From: Bacteroidaceae bacterium
GTDB taxonomy: Bacteria; Bacteroidota; Bacteroidia; Bacteroidales; Barnesiellaceae_A
Direction of reading: 5' to 3'
Length of the DNA stretch: 64,000 nt
NCBI GenBank assembly: GCA_017522135.1
Contig: JAFXAB010000029.1
Span: forward strand, 3,610 to 67,609
Positions 35,301 to 44,286 of the stretch are shown here, piece by piece (within the stretch, counting starts at the first letter, position 1; every line of letters starts with the position of its first letter). The notes under the pieces are model-generated. The model was not told where the DNA came from. It did not search any database and saw only the letters and a list, made by a program, of their open reading frames with translations. A program made the translations under genes and the position numbers.

Positions 35301-35536
35301 TCGTACTTGAACTTGGTGCTCTCGAAAATGCTACTCTCGAAGGCTCGGCTTATGTAGCCGGTAAGACTCTCTTTACTGAGCCCGATGCCAACGTTGTTGT
35401 ATACAACACTGCCGGTGTTGCTGTAGTTACCTACAACAACAAGCAACAATACGACCTTGGTACATTACCCGCAGGTGTATATCTTGCCGTTGTGAAAGTA
35501 GGCGAAAAAGCTCAAGTTGTAAAACTTGCCCTTTAA
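32396..35536 (+). CDS. T9SS cargo, class A: YD-like repeat / FN3-like module protein (tandem paralog 2)
   Basis: 1046 aa, alignable by eye end-to-end with the 29047 protein (YKYTYDENGNLTNE, YQYDEQGRLIQID, YEYSYDAQGHLVTV, YTYDSEGRILVQE). The CTD tail is VVVYNTAGVAVVTYNNKQQYDLGTLPAGVYLAVVKVGEKAQVVKLAL. Confidence 0.8.
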   Translation: MKKNLLAKGLCALMFASALQVNADPTMVASYKIGDSMGAEGVTLKSVNLYDGQNKVIRTYNVATDYAGDSYTETVVRYEYNEQGLLVKDRASQYRPAYGDWVDGDENVYQYDEQGRLIQIDDANRGYKYTYDENGNLTNEKYYSNSTTTTIQDISYFDFDANGNPARSESDGYYSDYRFDGVYTYDAQGRCIDIMRHCVAGTVHSRDTYEFDEAGILTHNYKYMSAYGAGGREGGQVGGTKDTLRYDQHIERVNLGNGWYQKTVWTWTYYISQWTKGSTVFNELYVNLDGAYAPRNIVAENISTDEQPNTAKVTADVPATLPVEATSYIIWRNGMMVGVVEAVNGKIEFVESNLANDTYEYIVQAYDAANDVYYNCSDIATVAITVPLSPAKNVRVVGGYHGTYEDPQAGAYETFFIKLAWDVDPCDDTILGYKVWQYPWAYPAVEVTGDVRNCELNMADDEAVNVRVDVVYEHGVKEGEYVPLFWDNSEDFEGEPMPKYYLTYEKNYGDHMGTAGASSINYYIYDNNNNISRRVDYGYQTDGTAVPTYHYFYDYNSNGQLISEFYRQMNALGEWGKNKMTYVYTYDMFGRLATKEDTTSNRLYEYSYDAQGHLVTVTDKGKSWGAEEYDKLYSTTTYSQFDENGNPAYAEFVHAMYASSSYNTTYTYDSEGRILVQESRTPEGMAYEKLEFTYDKYGVETLRVRYTPWYDEKTYQATERFVMSTRTVREAQEGMVYKRYEENYDLKSETWSNNGRYTMETYSPLNGGLTPQNLVVTDASTPESPNTIEIECNFPKIKLANAQYIIWRGWIPVDTVTATAAQGIIRFRDVNVENGTYEYIVQTYDAATQQSFNATAPVVFTLEVQLDPISNLRYTGTTEGEYKDAELGSMPAYWIHFAWDAPQTALPILNYNIYQDGFKIPVSQTTNTNDSVWVYREDEENIANQTTTTSVEVKVVYSFGESEGVSQEFVLELGALENATLEGSAYVAGKTLFTEPDANVVVYNTAGVAVVTYNNKQQYDLGTLPAGVYLAVVKVGEKAQVVKLAL

Positions 35537-35577
35537 GATAACTGTGGTAAACAATAACTAATTATTTATATGTGTAT

Positions 35578-35602
35578 GAGTGTGCGCTTGATGCGCACAC
35601 TC
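35578..35602 (+). terminator. GC-rich hairpin between class-A and class-B genes (terminator/attenuator-like, no U-tract)
   Basis: A perfect 10-bp stem GAGTGTGCGC / GCGCACACTC with loop TTGAT. It lies 42 nt after stop 35536 and 21 nt before ATG 35623. Confidence 0.4.
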
Positions 35603-35622
35603 GTACCTATTTGAAACATTAT

Positions 35623-37515
35623 ATGAAAAATTTATTCTCTGTTCTCTTATTCTCGGCAGCCATAGCTCTTCCTGCTGTGGCCGATGATATTTATTTTGAG
35701 GCTGACTTTGAAAAAGGAATTCCATCGACCTTCAAGCTCATTGACCGAGATGAAAATCCTACCAAGAGTGGCGTATCTCGCATCGACCTATCCAAAGGCT
35801 CTTGGGCTACAGGACAGTATGACAAGGGCTGTACTGCAGCAATGAGTTCGGCTTTTTGTACCTATGACTACCCTGTCGAAGACTGGATGATTTTGCCACA
35901 AATCAACATCAAAGATGCCATGGCTGTGCTTGCATGGGATGCCATGTCGGTACACTACGACTTCCGCGAAGATTATAAAGTAATGATTTCGCAAAGCGGA
36001 AATTCTACTTCCGACTTTGTCGAAGTTTATTCTGTTCAAGAAGAAGATTATTTCATTCGTCGTCATGCCATCTCTTTGGCCGACTATGAAGGAAAAGATA
36101 TATATATTGCCTTTGTGCACACAGGTCAAGACAAGTTCTTGCTTGGTATCGACAATATCAAGGTGGGTGAGTTCAGAGGCGATTACACCTTTACCAATAC
36201 TACCGATGTAACTGCCAAAGGTGGTCAAAACATTACTATCAGCGGTACTATTCGCAACATGTCGAGCGAGGACTACTTCGAGCCTGTTGTTAAGGTAGGC
36301 GACGTGGAGTACACATGGACCGGCACAGTTATGCCTACTCTCTGGGAGGTAGGTGAGGAGGTTCCTTTCTCATTCAGCGTTCCCGCCCCCGAGGAGGGTA
36401 CTGTCGACTACACTGTAGGTGTTAAGTATTCGCGCAACGATAGCGAAATGGTGTGGAGCACTACCGATACTGTATATTGCTCGGCTTTCCCCCGCAATAT
36501 CCTTGTTGAGAAGTTTACAGGTACTTGGTGCAACAACTGTCCCGAAGGTACTATCACATTGCACAAGTATGAGCAACGCTTGCGCAATCGTATCATCACC
36601 GTCGAGGGTCACTGTGCATCGGGCGCATCGGAGCCTATGGCCGATGCCACCTATCACAATGGTCTTGCATATTGGATTCACAACCTCCCCGGTATGATTT
36701 ACGACCGTCGTTTGGGTATGATTTCGCAACAAGCCAAGGATGATGGCAATGTATATAAAGCCATGCGTAAGCCTGTTACTGCCGAGATTATCCCCACTGT
36801 AAAGTACACAGCCGAAGGCAGCTTCGAGGTGAGCAGTATAGTACGATTCTCGCAAGAGTATGACAACTCGGGCGACCGCTACCGTGTAGGTTACATTGTT
36901 ACAGAAAACGTTGTACATCAACCCGATAATTCCAAGTATTCGCAATCAAACAGTTGCCAATATGCAAGTTGTCGCGAGTACAATTTCTTGCCCAGCTCTA
37001 TTCCCGCCGAGATGGCATATTTCCACAACGTAGGTCGTGGCGATGTCACTGCTTTTGACGGTGTTCCTCTTTCGCTCCCCAAGGAGACTCTCACTGCCTA
37101 TACCGATTATCAAGTGATAGATACCGTCGCCATGCCTTCAACTCCGTTGTTTGACAGCGAGTATGTATACGACCCCAAGAACATCTCTATCACAGCGGTT
37201 CTTATCTTTACTCGCGACAAGAGTGTCATGGCTGCATGTCGTGTCAATACCGATGATATCGACTGGAGTGCCGGCGTAGCCGACAACTTGCAAGATGCCG
37301 AGCGTTGCGATGTGAAAGCTGCCGATGGTACAGTATACGTGAGCAACCTCGATAGCCGTGCCACTGTGCGTGTATATGCTGTAGACGGTCGCATGTTGGC
37401 TCAAGCTCACGGTGCACGTGTGGTTGCTGTCGATGTTGCGCAATATACCGGTGTCGCTATCGTTTCGATTGAAACCGAAAATGGTGTTGTTACTGAAAAA
37501 ATCTTAATCAAATAA
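35623..37515 (+). CDS. T9SS cargo, class B: choice-of-anchor-J-like N-terminal domain + thioredoxin-like C-x-x-C (Omp28-related-like) protein
   Basis: I set the start at ATG 35623 (MKNLFSVLLFSAAIALPAVA signal peptide) rather than the ORF-track GTG 35572, which lies inside the hairpin. The central motif is ILVEKFTGTWCNNCPEG. The CTD tail is TVRVYAVDGRMLAQAHGARVVAVDVAQYTGVAIVSIETENGVVTEKILIK. Confidence 0.75.
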   Translation: MKNLFSVLLFSAAIALPAVADDIYFEADFEKGIPSTFKLIDRDENPTKSGVSRIDLSKGSWATGQYDKGCTAAMSSAFCTYDYPVEDWMILPQINIKDAMAVLAWDAMSVHYDFREDYKVMISQSGNSTSDFVEVYSVQEEDYFIRRHAISLADYEGKDIYIAFVHTGQDKFLLGIDNIKVGEFRGDYTFTNTTDVTAKGGQNITISGTIRNMSSEDYFEPVVKVGDVEYTWTGTVMPTLWEVGEEVPFSFSVPAPEEGTVDYTVGVKYSRNDSEMVWSTTDTVYCSAFPRNILVEKFTGTWCNNCPEGTITLHKYEQRLRNRIITVEGHCASGASEPMADATYHNGLAYWIHNLPGMIYDRRLGMISQQAKDDGNVYKAMRKPVTAEIIPTVKYTAEGSFEVSSIVRFSQEYDNSGDRYRVGYIVTENVVHQPDNSKYSQSNSCQYASCREYNFLPSSIPAEMAYFHNVGRGDVTAFDGVPLSLPKETLTAYTDYQVIDTVAMPSTPLFDSEYVYDPKNISITAVLIFTRDKSVMAACRVNTDDIDWSAGVADNLQDAERCDVKAADGTVYVSNLDSRATVRVYAVDGRMLAQAHGARVVAVDVAQYTGVAIVSIETENGVVTEKILIK

Positions 37516-37539
37516 TTCTCAAACTAAATTCAAAAACCA

Positions 37540-40500
37540 ATGAAAAAATTATCTATTCTTTTTGCTGCTTTACTTGTGACAATGAGTGCTGTGGCCGAGA
37601 AAGGAGCTATGTTCCTTACCAGCCCTACAGCCTTTCAAGTAATGTCGTTGTCGCCCAATGGTAAATGGGCTTGCGGTATCTTGGGCGATGGATACTCTAT
37701 CAACCAAGGTCTGCTCTGGAACCTTGAGACAAGTGAGATTACCTATCTCTCTACTACCGACGAGTCCAAAGCCTTTGCTGTTACCGACGAAGGTGTTGTA
37801 TGTGGTGCTTACACCGACTATACCCTTCATCCCGCAGGTTTGGGCGTGTATGTAGCCGGTATCTACAAAGATGGCGAGTGGCATCGTCTCGACAACTCGG
37901 GCTTCGAGGATGAGGGCGTGCTTATGTACGGTTCTGAGGCTTCTGCTATCTCGGCCGATGGTCGTGTAGTGGTAGGTTATGTACAAAACGGTCCTTCTGA
38001 TAGCAAGCTTGCACCCGCTCGTTGGGTAGATGGCAAGCTCGATGCTATTCTCCCTTACGAGAGAGCCGGTGTATGCTACGCTATTACTCGCGATGGTTCT
38101 AAAGTTGCAGGTTGGAGCTATGAAACTTTCATAGACGAGAAAGGTGAAGATGCTTACAATCGTTCAATCTCTTTGTGGACAGCTGATGGCTTAGAGTATC
38201 TCAGCCCCGTGCCTACAGCATTCGAAGCCGGTCGTTTCTTCTCGGCCGACGGTAGCAAACTTCTTTGTGAGTCTTTCGGTCACAAATTTATTTATGACTT
38301 AACAACTCAAGAAAAAACTGAAGTACCTTGGTTACATCCCATGTGCTGGAGCCAAAGTGTATTCTATGTGAATAACGATGGTATTGTGTTGGGTGGTGAG
38401 GAATTCCAAGACGATGCTACCGGTGCAAGAGGTTTCTATGGCTATGTATTTGATTCAAAGGCCAACAAAATGCAAAAATTTGATGAGTGGTTGAAGAACG
38501 AATATGGTGCCGAGATTGATTCGGAGTCTTTCATGACTCAACATGCTGTTGCCATGAGCGACGATGCCAAGACATTTGCTATCTTGGGCTATCCTATGGA
38601 AAACGGTATTCCCATGGGTGATTGGGCTTCTATGATTATCAAACTCGACCAAGAGATTACCTATTGCGAACCCTCTTTGCTCAAAGCCGAGAAACTCCTC
38701 GGTGTGAACAACGTGCGTCTTACTTGGGGTGCTCCCTTGATGAATGCCGAGAATGTATTGGGCTATCGCGTATATCGCAACAACGAGATGGTTGAAGAAA
38801 TCTCGGCCGACTTGCTTGCTTATATGGATGCCAACCTTGCCGATGGCGAGTATACTTACGCTATCTCTGCAATCTATGAAGGCGAAACAGGCGATATCGT
38901 TGAGTCGGCACCATGCTCGGCTGTAAATGTTGTTGTGGCTAAAGATCCTCTCAACAAAGCTCAAAACATCGAGTATCGTTCAGCCAACTACAACGACATG
39001 CGTTTACGTTGGAATGCTCCCGCTTCTAACCTCCCCTCGGTTAAATATTATGACCTTGAGAATGCTACACTCACCGGATTTGGTGGTGGTATCATCTCTT
39101 TCTTGGTTGGTATCAAATTGCCTACCGACATGGTAGCAATCTATAGCGAAACTCACTCTATCGCACGCGTTGGTTTCTTCCCCATCAACAAAGAGGCTAT
39201 TTATACAATCCGCGTTATTGTTGATGGTACTGAAAAGGCTGCTAAGACTTTGGATACCAATACTTTGAATTTGGGTGAGGTTAATCTTGTAGACCTCGAT
39301 ACTCCTGTAGCTTTCGATGCCTTGAGCGATGTACTCGTTGTAGTTGATGTTGATGCCTCTAACTTTACAGTTCCTTCAAACGAGGTTATTGCAGCTCAAT
39401 ATGGCGTAGCTACTCCCGGTTATTCCGACCTCTTGCGTCAAGCCAGTGAGACCGAGATGTACTCTCTCTACGAGGCCAGCAAGGGTACTCCCGCCGAAAT
39501 GTCTGTTTCTTGGATTATCTCGGCTATCCTCTCCGATGGTACCAACGGTGCCGACAGCGATGTTATCTTGGGTTATGACATCTACCGCAATGGCGAGATG
39601 ATTGCCTCTGTTGAGGAGCAAAAATATGTTGACGAGAATGTAAGCGAAGGTTCTTATACATACGGTATCGTTGCTAAGTATCTCAATGGCGAGTCGGAGC
39701 CTGCCAACGTACAAATCAATCACGTATGCAAGCCCGAGTCTTTGAAGGCTATCGACGAGGTTGAGGTTTATGCCGGTACTTCAGAGTTGGCTGCTTTCTG
39801 GCAAGCTCCTATTAAGAATGACGAGTCGGTTGTTTCTTACGCTATGGGTGCTAACTCAGGCAAAGGTATCAGCTTGAGCGGTGCTACCGATCTTATCGAG
39901 TATACAGTTGCTCATGCTTATCCCTACTCGGTATTGAACTGGTACGAAGGTTATACTATCGATGCTCTCCGTTTCTATCCCTCGGCCGAGGCAACCTTTG
40001 CTATCGCTCTCGAAGTAAACGGTGTGGACCATGAGATGGTTGTATTGGGTCAAGTTGGCGAAGAGAACGGCTATCAACTCAATACTTGGAACAATGTTAA
40101 GCTCGAAAATCCCTACACCATCAAGAATGGTGACTACATCCGCGTGAAACTTTTGTGTACCGATGTTGACCCCACAACTTATCCTATCACTCTCGACGAC
40201 CAAGTAGGTGCTATGGGCGTTTCTGACTTGTATAGCTGGGACTACTACGGAAATTACAGCTCGGCTATGTCGGATGGTGGTCACTCTAAGGGTAACTGGA
40301 TGATTGGTATGATTGTTTCTAACGACAATACCGAACTTCTCCCCGTTGATCACTACACAGTAGTTCTCGATGGTGAAGAGCGTGACGAAGTTATCACTGA
40401 GCCCGAATTTAAGGCTGAGGGTTACAACTGGAGCGATGGCTCAACTCACCGCATCAAAGTAAACACTGTGTACAACTTCAATGGCGAGAATGTTACTGCC

Positions 40501-40767
40501 GAAGGTAAGCAAGTTATATTTAACGTTAAGGCCGGTGTTGAAAACATCGAAGTAAACCTCGTTAACGTTTATCCCAACCCCGCTACTTCTTACATCAACG
40601 TAGAAGGTGCTGTTGAGAAACTTGCTTTGTATGATATGAACGGTCGCCTTGTAGCCGAAACTGCTGCCAACACTATCGATGTTACAGCTCTCGCTGCCGG
40701 CAACTACTTGCTCAATATCACTAACAACGGCAACGTACGCACTGTTAAGGTACTCGTTGTTCGCTAA
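37540..40767 (+). CDS. T9SS cargo, class C: propeller-like (HAF-like) repeat + FN3-like module protein (tandem paralog 1)
   Basis: 1075 aa with signal peptide MKKLSILFAALLVTMSAVA. The N-terminal repeats are LSPNGKWACGI, ISADGRVVVGY, ITRDGSKVAGW, FSADGSKLLCE. FN3-like segments are present (VLGYRVYRNNEMV, ILGYDIYRNGEMI). The classical CTD is VNVYPNPATSYINVEG...GNYLLNITNNGNVRTVKVLVVR. It starts 24 nt after the class-B gene. Confidence 0.8.
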   Translation: MKKLSILFAALLVTMSAVAEKGAMFLTSPTAFQVMSLSPNGKWACGILGDGYSINQGLLWNLETSEITYLSTTDESKAFAVTDEGVVCGAYTDYTLHPAGLGVYVAGIYKDGEWHRLDNSGFEDEGVLMYGSEASAISADGRVVVGYVQNGPSDSKLAPARWVDGKLDAILPYERAGVCYAITRDGSKVAGWSYETFIDEKGEDAYNRSISLWTADGLEYLSPVPTAFEAGRFFSADGSKLLCESFGHKFIYDLTTQEKTEVPWLHPMCWSQSVFYVNNDGIVLGGEEFQDDATGARGFYGYVFDSKANKMQKFDEWLKNEYGAEIDSESFMTQHAVAMSDDAKTFAILGYPMENGIPMGDWASMIIKLDQEITYCEPSLLKAEKLLGVNNVRLTWGAPLMNAENVLGYRVYRNNEMVEEISADLLAYMDANLADGEYTYAISAIYEGETGDIVESAPCSAVNVVVAKDPLNKAQNIEYRSANYNDMRLRWNAPASNLPSVKYYDLENATLTGFGGGIISFLVGIKLPTDMVAIYSETHSIARVGFFPINKEAIYTIRVIVDGTEKAAKTLDTNTLNLGEVNLVDLDTPVAFDALSDVLVVVDVDASNFTVPSNEVIAAQYGVATPGYSDLLRQASETEMYSLYEASKGTPAEMSVSWIISAILSDGTNGADSDVILGYDIYRNGEMIASVEEQKYVDENVSEGSYTYGIVAKYLNGESEPANVQINHVCKPESLKAIDEVEVYAGTSELAAFWQAPIKNDESVVSYAMGANSGKGISLSGATDLIEYTVAHAYPYSVLNWYEGYTIDALRFYPSAEATFAIALEVNGVDHEMVVLGQVGEENGYQLNTWNNVKLENPYTIKNGDYIRVKLLCTDVDPTTYPITLDDQVGAMGVSDLYSWDYYGNYSSAMSDGGHSKGNWMIGMIVSNDNTELLPVDHYTVVLDGEERDEVITEPEFKAEGYNWSDGSTHRIKVNTVYNFNGENVTAEGKQVIFNVKAGVENIEVNLVNVYPNPATSYINVEGAVEKLALYDMNGRLVAETAANTIDVTALAAGNYLLNITNNGNVRTVKVLVVR

Positions 40768-40790
40768 TTAGTTCGATATATTACATCTTT

Positions 40791-40828
40791 GGAGGTGCGT
40801 TCCCATAAGGGGATGCACCTCCTTTTTT
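40791..40828 (+). terminator. Intrinsic terminator between the two class-C paralogs
   Basis: The stem is GGAGGTGC (40791-40798) / GCACCTCC (40815-40822), followed by TTTTTT. Confidence 0.85.
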
Positions 40829-40959
40829 AATTATATGCAGTACACTGCAAACTTGTTACCTTTATTTACTCACTTTTTCGATATTTTTATCTACCTTTAC
40901 AACCACATGAAACATCAATTGCATTTATCTTAACCATATTGAAACATATCATTAAAACA

Positions 40960-43900
40960 ATGAAAAAAATCTCTATTCTTTTTGCTGCTATATTTGTGGC
41001 GATTAGTGCATTTGCCGAGAAGGGTGCTATTGTGCTCACCAGTCCCGTCAATTTTCAAGTATTGGCAATTTCGCCCAACGGACAATGGGCGTGTGGTATC
41101 TCGGGTGATGGTGTAACATCGACCGAGAAGGGAGTACTGTGGAACTTGCAAACAGGCGAGTTTACCTACCTCTCTACTTCGGGTAGCTCTACAGCCTATG
41201 ACGTAGCCGATGATGGTACTGTAGTGGGCTCGGGTGGTTATTACAAGGATGGTCGCTGGCACTCGTTGGGCGGGCAAGCCATGTCTATCTCGCGCGATGG
41301 TCGCACTATCGTAGGATACTCGATGATGGGTGGCGGATATGCTCCTACCAAGTGGGTCGACGGCAAGTATGCCCTTACATATCCCTATGACAACGATGTA
41401 GCTCAATGTTATACCGTATCGGACGATGGTACGCTTGCTGCCGGATGGGGGTACACAACCATTGGTGGCTCTACACTCAACCGCACCATAGCCCTGTGGA
41501 ACGACTCGACTGTTGAGTATCTTAGCCCTCGCGCTACATTTACCGAGGCCGGTCGTCGATTCTCGCCCGATGGTACAAAACTTGTGTGCGAAACTTGGGG
41601 TCGCCCGTTTGTATACGACCTCACTACAAAGGAAAAGTTCCAGATACCTTTCTATTGTGAGTATGCCACCAAAGATGAGATATGCTCAGGCTATCTTGTT
41701 TGCTATGTCAATGACGAAGGTACAGTATTGGGACAAGAGCAGATGACCAATCCTCTTACCAACGCATCCGATACTTATGCCTTTATTTATGATGCCAAGG
41801 CCGGTCACCCTCGCAAGCTCGTTGAGTGGCTCAAGACAGAGCATGGCGTAGAGATAGATGCCAATGAACAAATACCCTGTCGTGGTGTGGAGATGAGCAA
41901 CGATGGTAAAGTTATATCGATGCTCAGTAATGTGTGCGAAAATGGTCTCATGACGGGCGACTATGTATCGATAGTGGTACTGCTTGACCGTGAGGTTGAT
42001 ATATGTCCTCCCGTAACACTCCAGACCGAGAAATTACGTGGCCTCAACAGTGTGCGCCTCACTTGGAAAGAGCCCATTATGAATGCTACCAATGTCTTGG
42101 GCTACAACATCTATCGCGACGGACAACGTATTGTAGAGGCTCAGCCCGAGTTGGCATACATCGACGCTGTTCCTGCCGAGGGACAATATACCTATACCGT
42201 AACAGCCCTATATCCCGGCGAGGGTGATGAACTTATCGAGTCGGAGCAAGCCGAGCCTGTTACCATAGACGTATATGCCGAGCCTCTCAACACGGCTCGC
42301 AACATCCAAATGCATCCTGTCAATTTCAACGATATGAAATTGCGTTGGGGTGAGCCCGAGCCCAATTCTCCTTCATTCACCTACTACGACTACGACGAGC
42401 AGACAACAGGATTTGGAGGTGGTGTCGTATCGTTCTCGGTAGCCATGCGCTTACCTATCGATATTGTAGCCAACTATTCCGAGGATTTTGTTATCTCGCG
42501 AGTATCGTTCATGCCCCGCAATCCCGAGGCCAAATTTACCATCAAGGTATATGTAAATGGCGAAGAGAAGGCTGTGCAAGCTGTCGATAATGACCTCTTG
42601 TCGTATAACAACATGAATACAATCGACCTTGATGCGCCTGTCAAGTTTGATTCATTAGACGATGTGATGATAGCCATTGATGTCGATGCAACAGGATTTT
42701 CGGCCTCATCCAATGATGTTATAGGCATGTGCTATGGCCAGGCAACGCCCGGATATTCCGACCTCTTGCGTCAAGCAGCCGAGCCGGAGTTCTACTCGCT
42801 CAACCAATCATCTCTCGACAGTGGTTATGGCGAGTTCTTGGTAAGCTGGGCTATCAATGCCGTGCTTTCTAAAGTAGATGCCAATGGCAATGTCAACTTC
42901 GATAGCGATGTTGTAGCCAATTATGAAATATTCCGCGACGACAACAAGTTGGCCGATGTTACAACTACCCACTATTTCGATACCAACCTTACAACCGGTC
43001 GCCACGAATACAAGATAGTAGTGCATTATGCCGATGGCTCTGTGTCGGCTCCCGCCACTACTCTTGTCAATTTTGCGCCTAAGTATGAGGTGCTTCGTGC
43101 CATCAACGATGTCAAAGTATCGGTCGACGAAAATGCCGATGCCCTGGATGCCGAGTGGTTGGCTCCTATCAACAACGACGCAACAGTATTATCGTATGCT
43201 CGAGGCAATAGCTCGGGCAAGGGTATGACACGCTCGGGTGCTACCGATCTTATCGAGTATACCGTTGCACACGAATATCCATACACTTACTTCGATTGGT
43301 ATGAAGGTTACGACATCGTGGCATTGCGTTTCTATCCTACTGCCGAGGCTGTTTTTGGACTTGTGCTGGAGGTGGATGGTATAGACCAAGAGATGATTGT
43401 TCTCAGCGAAATGGATGTAGAAGGTGGTTATGTACTCAATAAGTGGAATGAAGTAAAACTTACCAATCCTCACAAGATAACTTCGGGTGAAAACATTCGC
43501 ATCAAACTCGTTTGTACCGAGGTAGATCCCACCACATATCCTATTACCATGGACAGCGGTAGAGGCAATGTAGGTATGTCGGACTTGTATTCGTTTAACT
43601 ATTCTACATTCAGCTCGGCATACTCCGATGGCGGATTGTCGGGCAACTGGATGTTGGGTATGGTTGTTGCCAACGACAATACCGACCCATTGCCTGTCGA
43701 CGGTTACAATGTAGAGTTGGACGGTGAGCAAGCCAATAGCGAGTTGATTACCACAACACAATTCAGAAAAGAAGGTCTTGGATGGAAAAATGCTCAGACC
43801 CACCGTATACGCGTCAACACTATCTATAATATAGATGGTAATGTGCAAGAAGTAAAGGGCGAGCAGCTTGTGTTTAACGTCTTGACCGGTGTAGAGCGCA

Positions 43901-44121
43901 TTGATATAGACCGCGTAAACGTATATCCCAATCCTGCAACCTCTATTATCAACGTCGATGGTGTAATAGAGCAACTTGCCTTGTACGATATGCAAGGTCG
44001 TATCGTGACAAAGACCCTCGAGAATTCTCTCGATGTAACGGCTCTTCCCGTTGGTAATTATTTGCTCAAGATAAGCGATAAAGAAGGTACTCGCACAGTG
44101 AAAGTACTCATCGCTCGATAA
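40960..44121 (+). CDS. T9SS cargo, class C: propeller-like (HAF-like) repeat + FN3-like module protein (tandem paralog 2)
   Basis: I set the start at ATG 40960 (MKKISILFAAIFVAISAFA) by analogy with the 37540 paralog; the ORF-track start 40939 is a TTG. The protein is alignable throughout with paralog 1. The CTD is VNVYPNPATSIINVDG...GNYLLKISDKEGTRTVKVLIAR. Confidence 0.8.
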   Translation: MKKISILFAAIFVAISAFAEKGAIVLTSPVNFQVLAISPNGQWACGISGDGVTSTEKGVLWNLQTGEFTYLSTSGSSTAYDVADDGTVVGSGGYYKDGRWHSLGGQAMSISRDGRTIVGYSMMGGGYAPTKWVDGKYALTYPYDNDVAQCYTVSDDGTLAAGWGYTTIGGSTLNRTIALWNDSTVEYLSPRATFTEAGRRFSPDGTKLVCETWGRPFVYDLTTKEKFQIPFYCEYATKDEICSGYLVCYVNDEGTVLGQEQMTNPLTNASDTYAFIYDAKAGHPRKLVEWLKTEHGVEIDANEQIPCRGVEMSNDGKVISMLSNVCENGLMTGDYVSIVVLLDREVDICPPVTLQTEKLRGLNSVRLTWKEPIMNATNVLGYNIYRDGQRIVEAQPELAYIDAVPAEGQYTYTVTALYPGEGDELIESEQAEPVTIDVYAEPLNTARNIQMHPVNFNDMKLRWGEPEPNSPSFTYYDYDEQTTGFGGGVVSFSVAMRLPIDIVANYSEDFVISRVSFMPRNPEAKFTIKVYVNGEEKAVQAVDNDLLSYNNMNTIDLDAPVKFDSLDDVMIAIDVDATGFSASSNDVIGMCYGQATPGYSDLLRQAAEPEFYSLNQSSLDSGYGEFLVSWAINAVLSKVDANGNVNFDSDVVANYEIFRDDNKLADVTTTHYFDTNLTTGRHEYKIVVHYADGSVSAPATTLVNFAPKYEVLRAINDVKVSVDENADALDAEWLAPINNDATVLSYARGNSSGKGMTRSGATDLIEYTVAHEYPYTYFDWYEGYDIVALRFYPTAEAVFGLVLEVDGIDQEMIVLSEMDVEGGYVLNKWNEVKLTNPHKITSGENIRIKLVCTEVDPTTYPITMDSGRGNVGMSDLYSFNYSTFSSAYSDGGLSGNWMLGMVVANDNTDPLPVDGYNVELDGEQANSELITTTQFRKEGLGWKNAQTHRIRVNTIYNIDGNVQEVKGEQLVFNVLTGVERIDIDRVNVYPNPATSIINVDGVIEQLALYDMQGRIVTKTLENSLDVTALPVGNYLLKISDKEGTRTVKVLIAR

Positions 44122-44146
44122 CGTATAATACTTATACAGCTTATAT

Positions 44147-44184
44147 AGCCACCACAATCATGTCAGGTTGTGGTGGCTTGTTTT
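44147..44184 (+). terminator. Intrinsic terminator at the end of the cargo island
   Basis: An 11-bp stem AGCCACCACAA (44147-44157) / TTGTGGTGGCT (44168-44178) is followed by TGTTTT. Confidence 0.8.
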
Positions 44185-44286
44185 ATGATAGAGTATGATA
44201 TACTGTTTGTGCGCTTGTTGTGAAATAACAAACCAAGTTTTGTATATTTCACACGTTTGTCGTATCTTTACCCACACAAATACTGA

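Noticed and set aside
22205-35536. Class-A proteins as Rhs/YD polymorphic toxins.
   Set aside because: I recognise no RHS core or PxxxxDPxGL cleavage motif, no variable C-terminal toxin tip, and no adjacent small immunity gene. The C-terminus is a T9SS sorting domain instead.
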